From: an uncultured bacterium
GTDB lineage: Bacteria > Cyanobacteriota > Cyanobacteriia > Cyanobacteriales > Oscillatoriaceae
Assembly: GCA_964405435.1 (NCBI GenBank)
Contig: CAYOOD010000065.1
Location: 1 to 43,440 of the forward strand
Direction of reading: 5' to 3'
Length of the DNA stretch: 43,440 nucleotides
Within the stretch, counting starts at the first letter, position 1; each line of letters starts with the position of its first letter. The position numbers and the translations under genes were made by a program. This document shows positions 36,377 to 43,440 of this stretch, piece by piece. The notes beneath the pieces are model-generated. The model searched no databases and was not told the DNA's origin. It saw nothing but the letters and a program-made list of their open reading frames with translations.

Positions 36377-37771
36377 ATGACCGCACAAGATTCGTTTTCA
36401 TCCCATCTATCTAGTTTGTGGTTGGTTCCGCAGCGGTTTTTCCGCAAGGAAATCTTGCCGCTGCTAGCCGATTTGCGGCTGGCAATTTTGCTGCTGCTGG
36501 CGATCGCCCTATTCAGCATCTCCGGCACCGTCCTCGAGCAGGGGCAATCCCCCGCTTTCTACCAAGCGAACTACCCAGAACATCCCGCCCTATTTGGCTT
36601 TCTCACTTGGAAGGTTATCCTGGCTCTGGGATTAGACCACGTTTACCGGACTTGGTGGTTTTTGTCAATCCTGATTTTATTCGGCTCCAGTTTAACTGCC
36701 TGCACCTTCACGCGGCAGTTTCCCGCTTTAAAAGCCGCTCGGCGGTGGAAATTCTACGACAAACCCCGCCAGTTTGAAAAATTAGCTTTGAGCGCTCAAC
36801 TGGAAACGAACGATATAGATTCTTTAGAGCAATTATTGCAAAATAGGCGCTATAAAATCTTTCGAGAAGGCGACACTCTTTATGCTCGCAAGGGTTTAAT
36901 CGGACGCATTGGCCCGATTGTAGTTCACGCCAGCATGTTAATTATTCTCGCGGGTGCAATCTGGGGAGCTATGACGGGTTTTATGGCTCAGGAAATGGTT
37001 CCCAGCGGCAATACATTTGAGGTAAAAAATATTGTCGATGCGGGACCTTGGGCGACACCGCAGGTAACAAAAGATTGGGCGGTGCGGGTGAATCGCTTTT
37101 GGATTGACTACACGCCAGACGGGAACATCGACCAGTTTTACTCGGATTTGTCTGTCGTCGATAAAGAGGGCAAGGAAGTCGATCGCAAGACGATTTACGT
37201 CAACGAGCCGCTGCGCTATCGGGGGATAACGTTTTACCAGACGGATTGGTCGATCGCCGCGATTCGCGTGCAAATTAACAAAAGTCCCGTCCTCCAGCTC
37301 CCGATGGCTGAACTCGATACAGGCGGAAAAGGGCGGCTGTGGGGAACCTGGATTCCCACCAAACCCGATTTAAGTGCAGGCGTTTCTCTGCTGGCAAAAG
37401 ATTTGCAAGGAACTTTATTAATTTACGATACCTCTGGAAACCTGACGAGTACCGCACGCGCCGGCATGTCAGCCAAAGTGAATGGGGTAACGCTGAAAGT
37501 TGTCGAAGTCGTCGGCAGTACGGGATTGCAAATCAAATCCGACCCGGGGATTCCGATGGTTTACCTCGGCTTTGGGTTGTTGATGCTGGGCGTGATGATG
37601 AGTTATGTTTCCCACTCGCAAATCTGGGCGCTGCAACAAGACGGGCAGCTTTATGTGGGCGGCAGAACCAATCGGGCACAAGTGGCTTTCGAGCGGGAAG
37701 CGATCGCAATTTTAGACCGGCTGCAGGAAAAATTGAGTGCTGGAAAGGAAGCGATCGCCTCGCCCTCTTAG
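36377..37771 (+). CDS. ccsB: Cytochrome c biogenesis protein Ccs1/CcsB (ResB family)
   Basis: N-terminal '[33 protein letters not shown]'. Large lumenal domain. C-terminal TM '[24 protein letters not shown]'. Follows ccdA. Confidence 0.9.
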   Translation: MTAQDSFSSHLSSLWLVPQRFFRKEILPLLADLRLAILLLLAIALFSISGTVLEQGQSPAFYQANYPEHPALFGFLTWKVILALGLDHVYRTWWFLSILILFGSSLTACTFTRQFPALKAARRWKFYDKPRQFEKLALSAQLETNDIDSLEQLLQNRRYKIFREGDTLYARKGLIGRIGPIVVHASMLIILAGAIWGAMTGFMAQEMVPSGNTFEVKNIVDAGPWATPQVTKDWAVRVNRFWIDYTPDGNIDQFYSDLSVVDKEGKEVDRKTIYVNEPLRYRGITFYQTDWSIAAIRVQINKSPVLQLPMAELDTGGKGRLWGTWIPTKPDLSAGVSLLAKDLQGTLLIYDTSGNLTSTARAGMSAKVNGVTLKVVEVVGSTGLQIKSDPGIPMVYLGFGLLMLGVMMSYVSHSQIWALQQDGQLYVGGRTNRAQVAFEREAIAILDRLQEKLSAGKEAIASPS

Positions 37772-37807
37772 CACCCATTGAATCTATTTTACTGAGTTTG
37801 ACGATTC

Positions 37808-37840
37808 AAAAACCCGGCTTCTTCGAGAAGCCGGGTTTTT
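37808..37840. terminator. Palindromic hairpin AAAAACCCGGCTTCT-tcg-AGAAGCCGGGTTTTT. Candidate bidirectional Rho-independent terminator between ccs1 (+) and queF (-).
   Basis: 15-bp perfect stem flanked by A5 and T5 runs, so that either transcript direction ends in U5. It lies between convergent stops at 37771 and 37866. Near-identical, with one central mismatch, to the inner hairpin at 35351-35383. Confidence 0.65.
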
Positions 37841-37865
37841 CTAACTTAGGCGATTTTGCGTATGT

Positions 37866-38297
37866 TTACGAGACAGATTTCTGGTGGCGCACCTCGATCG
37901 CCGTGTGAACATTGCCGCGCGGGGCGAAATCTCCCTTAATCGTGACTTCAAGGGGATCGCAAGCAGCTACAAAGTCATCTAAAATTTGGTTGACGGATTC
38001 TTCGTGAGAAATATAGCGATCGCGGTAACTGTTGACATACAGTTTCAGCGCCTTTAATTCCACCACCAGTTTGTCGGGAACGTAGGTAATGTAAATGGTG
38101 GCAAAATCGGGATATCCAGAAAACGGACACTTGCAAGTAAACTCCGGCAAACTGATAGAAATATCGTAGCGCCGTCCGACGCGCGGATTGGGAAAAGTAA
38201 TCAGCTCTCCCTCCGCGATCGCGCGTTCGCCGTACTTCATCGGGCTGACTTCAGGGGACATTTCTTGCTGGATAGGGGTATGGCTCATAGTTAGCAA
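37866..38297 (-). CDS. queF: NADPH-dependent 7-cyano-7-deazaguanine (preQ0) reductase QueF, type I
   Basis: 'LPEFTCKCPFSGYPDFATIYITYVPDKLVVELKALKLYVNSYRD' matches the QueF E(F/Y)TS-CP / catalytic Cys region. Its size is typical of unimodular QueF. Confidence 0.85.
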   Translation of the reverse strand: MLTMSHTPIQQEMSPEVSPMKYGERAIAEGELITFPNPRVGRRYDISISLPEFTCKCPFSGYPDFATIYITYVPDKLVVELKALKLYVNSYRDRYISHEESVNQILDDFVAACDPLEVTIKGDFAPRGNVHTAIEVRHQKSVS

Positions 38298-38484
38298 TGG
38301 GATGCGATCGGTTTTCTCGACGGAGGTGCCGCCGATCTTCAGTATATTTGTAGTTGTTGGGAAAATTCCTTGACTTTCAACAGCTCAGCTTGTTCTAATA
38401 ACAGCAATTCCGACGGCGAGAATGCTCCGATCGCGTGACGCAGCACGGGTATGACATTCTTGTAAAGGGGCGATCGCCCCGCGA

Positions 38485-39117
38485 GTGAAAGTGGGGAAGC
38501 TCTCAGAGCCCGCAACTTTCACTAAAATTGAGACGTTCCATACCAACACAGAGCCCTCTATGCGAAATGCAACTGCCTCTGGCAACTCCATGCCAACCGA
38601 AAACCACAGCTACTCTCCGGCTGTGCCCCTTTCCCTGTATCGCGAAGTCTCAGCGGATTTAGAAGCCACCAAAGCCCAGCTCGCGGAAACCAACGCCCAC
38701 AACCAGCACCTGCTTCGCGAAAATCAGCAGTTGCGCCAGGAAATGGAAAAAATCGTTCAGTCAGCCTATCGGATGCAGCAGGTGCTCAACTCGCTACAGC
38801 CTTTCAACCCCACCCTCGCGCCCCAGGCAACAACGGCTAACCGAGGCTTTGGCGTCGAGCTGCCTCGCACTTCTTCCCGTGCCAGCGCCGAGCTGGATGC
38901 AAACGATCCCTTCTCCTTGCCAGACACCGATCCCGCCCAAACCGTCTTCTCAGCCCCACTCTTTACCGAAGAGCAAGAAACGCGCCCCCGTCGCGGGCAA
39001 AAACCGCGCGCCGCAGATATGGGAGGCATCTGGCTGAGTGTGGCCATTTTTCTGATTGTCGTCTGTGCCTTTGGTGCAGGCTATTTTGTTGTGCGCCCTA
39101 TTTTGCTCAAGCGCTAG
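38485..39117 (+). CDS. Hypothetical coiled-coil protein with a C-terminal transmembrane anchor. Start uncertain; internal Met codons at 'MRNATASG' and 'MPTENH'.
   Basis: Heptad-like segment 'LEATKAQLAETNAHNQHLLRENQQLRQEMEKIVQSAYRMQQVL'. C-terminal TM 'IWLSVAIFLIVVCAFGAGYFVV'. No recognised family. Confidence 0.4.
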   Translation: MKVGKLSEPATFTKIETFHTNTEPSMRNATASGNSMPTENHSYSPAVPLSLYREVSADLEATKAQLAETNAHNQHLLRENQQLRQEMEKIVQSAYRMQQVLNSLQPFNPTLAPQATTANRGFGVELPRTSSRASAELDANDPFSLPDTDPAQTVFSAPLFTEEQETRPRRGQKPRAADMGGIWLSVAIFLIVVCAFGAGYFVVRPILLKR

Positions 39118-39417
39118 TTTGCCCCGCTTGCTTTTGGGGCGTTTTGTCTGGGGGCGCGAAGAGATGGTTTCGTTTCCCGGGCAGCCATCGCGCGGGCGAA
39201 AAGCCTGCGGCATCGCGAAAGCTAACCGCCGCCTTTTCGTCCCTACGCCTCTTAACGCCCGGTGAGAAAGTGTTGATATTTCAAATAGCCCCTGCCAACC
39301 TTCTACGGGGATTTGAAAAGCTGCAAGCTCTATCGCTTTACAGCCGACCTTTGCATCGATTATAATTGATAGTTAAAGTATATTTTCCAATTTTTGAAAA
39401 GTATAGGGATTCCTGGC

Positions 39418-42400
39418 GTGTCTTCTAAACTGGCAAAGCTGCTGGCAATATTTTTCCTCACGCTGACAATGTGCGGAGTGCTCGGCAGCACAGTTCAAGA
39501 AGGTCGCGCTGCCAACTGTCCGACAACAGCAACCAATAGCAATACAGTCGAGACTCTCGCTAAAATCCCCAACAGCAAACGCGCCGAAATTTACTTAAAC
39601 GGAACTTGGCAATTTATCCCGGCGGTGGGCACGTCACAGCAAGAGCCTCCTAACAACGGCTGGGGTTCTATTTGGGTGCCCGGTGACTGGCAGCGGGAAA
39701 ATCACGGCTCCGTACCGGGACTGATAAAGCGCTCAACTGGCAGCGAGTGGGACAATTTCGACGGCAAAACCCTGTCAAAGGCTTGGTATCAACGCAGCAT
39801 CGACATTCCCGCCAATTGGGCAGGACGCGCCATTCTCCTCGACATCAGCCGAGTCAGTACCGACGCCATCGTGTACGTCAACGGCATCAACTGCGGTCAG
39901 GTAAACTGGCCTTACGGCGCTGTCGATATTACCAAAGCGGTTAAACCCGGTACTACTGCCACCATCAGCTTGTTAGTCGTTGCCGCCTCCGACGAGAAAG
40001 AAACAAGCGTCATCATGGGGCCGAATGAAATTTACACCACTGAAGCCAAACTGAAATCGCGGGGACTCATCGGCGACGCGCGCCTGCTAGCTCGACCTGC
40101 CGGCGCGCGCGTCAGCGACGTATTCGTGCAAACTTCGACGCGGCAAAAACAAATCAAATTAGATATAGAACTCAGCGACGTCGCCCGAGCCGGTCAAGTC
40201 AATATCGTCGCCCAAATGTTCGACGAGAAAGGCAAAGTAGAGCGGCAATTCACGGCGTCTGCCCGCGTCGAAGCGCAACCGACGCAGGTCGTGCAAGTGG
40301 CCTGGGATTGGCCGAATCCCAGACTGTGGGACGTGCGATCGCCGAACTTGTACGGGCTGCGGCTCTCGGTGCAGGGGAGCGGGCTTGACGACGAATACGA
40401 CCAGCGATTCGGCTTCCGCGAGTTTTGGATTGACGGGCGCAAATTCTACTTGAACGGCAGCGAGATTCGCCTGCGACCGTTTCTCCACGATGATGAATGG
40501 CGGGGGTGGGGAGTCAGCGTGCACGAAGTCGCCGATCGCCTCCTCGACAGCTACTGCTGGGCAGGCTTCAATATCGCCGAGCTGTGGCCCTGGAATCACG
40601 ACGAGCGGGGCCGGTGGCATTTCCGAGAGTTATTGGCCGATCGCGCCGATCTCAAAGGTTTCCCGCTCATGGCACCCGCGCTGAATATGGCTCGCCTTGC
40701 CAAAACGGGCGAGTGGAAGGATGAGGCGACTCGCAAGCGCTGGGAAGAACGGATGGTGGCAGAATTGCGCCGCTATCGCAACCACCCCTCGATTCTCCTG
40801 TGGGCAAATAGCCCCAATTTATTCGGTCACGGCGACGATCAAAATCCGCTCAGAATTGGCAAGAAAACGGTGGAAGGAACCCTCGGTGCGGACAATGACC
40901 GACGCTGGCAGCAGCTATTTCCCCTCGGCGAAGCGGCTGTCTCCACCATCAAAAAATACGACCCGACGCGCCCGGTGATGGTTCACCAAGGAGCGGCGGT
41001 TGGCGATGTTTATGCCCTGAATTCTTACTTAAATATGATTCCCCTACAAGAACGGGAAGAATGGCTATCGCACTGGACGCAGTACGGCGACATGCCCTAT
41101 ATGGTGGTAGAGTTCGGCACGCCCCTGAGCCCTACGATGATGCGGGGTCGCAATGGGTTTAGAAAGGCGATCGTCAGCGAACCGTTGGTGACGGAATATA
41201 ACGCCATTTACCTGGGAAAAGAAGCTTACCAGTTAGAAACTCCCGAATACCGCCAGAAAATCCGCGAGTTTTTTATCCAAGAACAAGAATACAACAACTG
41301 GCACAATCAGAAAGAAATAGATTTTTCACCAGCCTTCCAAAAATTGCAGCAATTGTTTATTACAAATACCTGGCGCAGTTGGCGGACATTTGGCATAACC
41401 GGCGGGATGATTCCCTGGGCAAATGCCTACGGGTGGCAAGCTTCCGAGGCTGGCAAAGAAATGGTGAATCTTGGCCCGTTTCAGCCCGGTCGGCGCGGCC
41501 CTTATGTGAAGCAAGTGCGGAAATCTCTGTGGTACAATTTCCAGCTTGAGGGAAATATTATTCAGCCAGCGGGAATCGCCCTGATGGAAAATAATGGCCC
41601 GACGCTGGCGTGGATTGCTGGTTCTAAGGCAGCTTTTACGGCAAAAGACCGCAATTTTTCCGCAGGAGAAAAATTGCAGAAGCAAGTCGTATTGATTAAC
41701 GATACGAGGCAACAACAGCCGTTTTCTTTTGACTGGGAGGTGTTCGTCAGCGGGCAAAAGGTCGGCAGAGGTCAAAAAGGGGGAAGTATCGAAACGGCGC
41801 AAACGCTGTTTTTCCCGGTAGAGGTGAATTTACCGGCAAAGCTTGCCTCGGAAAAGGTAGAAGGCGAGATTCTTTTAAATGCCCGCATCGGCACTCAACA
41901 GCATCGAGATCGCTTCTCTTTCCGCATTTTTAACTCGCCGCCGTCCAAAACCCGACAAATTGCTATCTTTGACCCCGCTGGCAAAACAACCGCCATGCTG
42001 CGACAATTGGGTTATGCCGTCGTGCCGTGGGATGGTTCCCAGACGCAAAATCTGGTGGCGATCGCGCGGGAAGCCCTCTCCAGCGGACAGAAATTACCCG
42101 GAAATTTAGAAACTTTCATCCGCAACGGCGGCAGGGCGATCGCTTTTTCTCAGAATCCCGAATGGATGCGCAGCACCCTCGGGTTTCGCGTCGCCCCCCA
42201 CCTGAGCCGTCGCGTCTTCCCAGTTGACGAAACGCACCCCACCCTCAAGGGATTAGACGAGCTAGATTTGCGCGACTGGCGGGGAGAAAGTACCCTCGTC
42301 GCAGCTTATCCAAATACTCTCAATGGCGGCGCAAAACTCAGCTCTCACGGCTCTCCGTGGTACGGGTGGCACTGGGGAAATCGCGGCGCTCTCAGCAGTG

Positions 42401-43284
42401 CCTCGGTGGAAAAACCGCACCTGAGCGGCTGGCGAGCGATTTTAGAATCAGAGTTCGATTTGGCGTATTCGCCGCTGATGGAACTCGATTATGGAAAAGG
42501 GCGGCTGATTTTAAATACCTTAGATTTGGAAGATTATTATGCGGCAGATCCGGCGGCAGCAAAAGTCGCTCGGCAGGCGATCGACTACGCCCTGACGGCT
42601 CCTCTGTCTCCAAAAACAGACAAAGTGATTTTGATTGGCAGCGATGCCAATGCAGCGCGACTCGATGCAATGGGGTTGATTTACCAGCGATCGGATTCTC
42701 TAGAAAGTGATGCTGGGCTGGCGATCGTCGGGGCGGGGGCGAATGTCAGAGACGAAGCGTTGAGAAACTATATCAGTGCGGGCGGAAAGGTATTTTTCAT
42801 GCCGCAATACGCAGCGACAGGGGCGTTGGGAACGCGATCGCGGTTTGCGAATAATTTCGGCGGTTCTCTCGCTGTTCCGAAATGGGCGGAAACTCGCGGG
42901 CTCAGTGCTTCTGACTTGCGATCGCGCTCCTACTACGATGCGTGGGTATTTGAAGCCGGCGGTGAAGTCGCGGCTGACGGGTTGCTCAGTCGCGTCGTTT
43001 TGGGCAAAGGCGTGGCGATTTTCTCTCAGATTGACCCCGATATTTTGAATGCGGATGAGAAGACTTACCTGCGCTTTACGCGCTGGCGGCACACCCGGGC
43101 GATCGCGCAGATTCTCGCCAATATGGGAGCCAGTTTTAAAGCCGACTCGCAGTTCTTTCGCGCGATCGCCCGATCGAACGAGGGCGCACCTTCCCCCCCC
43201 GCCGCCTCCGAGAGTTTCTATCACCCTGACTACCGCACCGATTTCGATCTCGGCGACGATCCCTATCGGTATTACCGCTGGTAG
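39418..43284 (+). CDS. Large secreted glycoside hydrolase family 2-like protein: signal peptide, GH2 sugar-binding domain, Ig-like domain, TIM barrel and C-terminal beta-sandwich domains. Start at GTG 39418 preferred; TTG 39394 is an alternative.
   Basis: Signal peptide '(M)SSKLAKLLAIFFLTLTMCGVLGSTVQEGRAA'. GH2 N-terminal domain 'YLNGTWQF...WGSIWVPGDWQ...KAWYQRSIDIPANWAGRAILLDISRVSTDAIVYVNGINCG...VDITKAVKPG'. TIM-barrel entry 'FGFREFWIDGRKFYLNGSEIRLRPF'. 'YRNHPSILLWAN'. Putative nucleophile segment 'PYMVVEFGTP'. Confidence 0.7.
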   Translation: MSSKLAKLLAIFFLTLTMCGVLGSTVQEGRAANCPTTATNSNTVETLAKIPNSKRAEIYLNGTWQFIPAVGTSQQEPPNNGWGSIWVPGDWQRENHGSVPGLIKRSTGSEWDNFDGKTLSKAWYQRSIDIPANWAGRAILLDISRVSTDAIVYVNGINCGQVNWPYGAVDITKAVKPGTTATISLLVVAASDEKETSVIMGPNEIYTTEAKLKSRGLIGDARLLARPAGARVSDVFVQTSTRQKQIKLDIELSDVARAGQVNIVAQMFDEKGKVERQFTASARVEAQPTQVVQVAWDWPNPRLWDVRSPNLYGLRLSVQGSGLDDEYDQRFGFREFWIDGRKFYLNGSEIRLRPFLHDDEWRGWGVSVHEVADRLLDSYCWAGFNIAELWPWNHDERGRWHFRELLADRADLKGFPLMAPALNMARLAKTGEWKDEATRKRWEERMVAELRRYRNHPSILLWANSPNLFGHGDDQNPLRIGKKTVEGTLGADNDRRWQQLFPLGEAAVSTIKKYDPTRPVMVHQGAAVGDVYALNSYLNMIPLQEREEWLSHWTQYGDMPYMVVEFGTPLSPTMMRGRNGFRKAIVSEPLVTEYNAIYLGKEAYQLETPEYRQKIREFFIQEQEYNNWHNQKEIDFSPAFQKLQQLFITNTWRSWRTFGITGGMIPWANAYGWQASEAGKEMVNLGPFQPGRRGPYVKQVRKSLWYNFQLEGNIIQPAGIALMENNGPTLAWIAGSKAAFTAKDRNFSAGEKLQKQVVLINDTRQQQPFSFDWEVFVSGQKVGRGQKGGSIETAQTLFFPVEVNLPAKLASEKVEGEILLNARIGTQQHRDRFSFRIFNSPPSKTRQIAIFDPAGKTTAMLRQLGYAVVPWDGSQTQNLVAIAREALSSGQKLPGNLETFIRNGGRAIAFSQNPEWMRSTLGFRVAPHLSRRVFPVDETHPTLKGLDELDLRDWRGESTLVAAYPNTLNGGAKLSSHGSPWYGWHWGNRGALSSASVEKPHLSGWRAILESEFDLAYSPLMELDYGKGRLILNTLDLEDYYAADPAAAKVARQAIDYALTAPLSPKTDKVILIGSDANAARLDAMGLIYQRSDSLESDAGLAIVGAGANVRDEALRNYISAGGKVFFMPQYAATGALGTRSRFANNFGGSLAVPKWAETRGLSASDLRSRSYYDAWVFEAGGEVAADGLLSRVVLGKGVAIFSQIDPDILNADEKTYLRFTRWRHTRAIAQILANMGASFKADSQFFRAIARSNEGAPSPPAASESFYHPDYRTDFDLGDDPYRYYRW

Positions 43285-43440
43285 GGCTTTTCTCATTCTC
43301 CGAGGAGCGATCGCGATCCCTCCTCCAGTTATTTGTTAACCTTATACAATCCCGCCTCAATCTTCGCAAATGTTCGCAAATGCTGAGTGATACTAAGTTG
43401 GCTAAGATAGTATTATACTATTAGAGAAAAACATCAGGAG

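Noticed and set aside
1-43440. Possible CRISPR array, tRNA or rRNA genes
   Set aside because: There are no regularly spaced direct repeats. The only recurring short elements are HIP1 octamers, three palindromic hairpins and polypurine tracts. No cloverleaf-compatible sequence with a GTTCRANYC T-arm was found, and there is no rRNA-like conservation.

Overview
This is a 43.4-kb chromosomal segment, about 55% GC, that is saturated with the octamer GCGATCGC (the cyanobacterial HIP1 palindrome, dozens of copies) and is therefore almost certainly cyanobacterial. It is gene-dense and runs in this order:

- **1) Chemotaxis-like module:** CheR methyltransferase, CheB methylesterase and a CheC/CheX-like protein. 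No CheA, CheW or MCP gene lies in the window.
- **2) Signalling island, 4.5-18.2 kb:** four sensor proteins in a row. These are a PAS/GAF histidine kinase; a REC-HK; a giant 2354-aa CBS-GAF-PASxN-GAF-HisKA-HATPase-REC hybrid kinase; and a second REC-HK whose ATP-binding domain has an internal deletion plus frameshift, so it is probably a pseudogene.
- **3) Major vault protein homologue:** a remarkably eukaryote-like MVP gene directly downstream of the island. It is followed by a small lipoprotein and a low-GC hypothetical protein.
- **4) Housekeeping and accessory genes:** a Rieske PAO-family oxygenase; MutS; an orphan MmeI-like (type IIL/IIG) restriction-modification enzyme with a D-x9-E-x-R variant of the nuclease motif; an AI-2E transporter; a PAS-GAF-GGDEF diguanylate cyclase; a Uma2 (DUF820) endonuclease; the ccdA-ccs1 cytochrome c biogenesis pair; queF; a coiled-coil membrane protein; and a 1.3-kaa secreted GH2-like glycosidase.

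Non-coding structure includes a three-member family of AAACCCGG...CCGGGTTT palindromic hairpins at gene 3' ends, one of them nested inside a second inverted repeat. G-rich polypurine tracts recur in intergenic regions. No tRNA, rRNA or CRISPR array was found.
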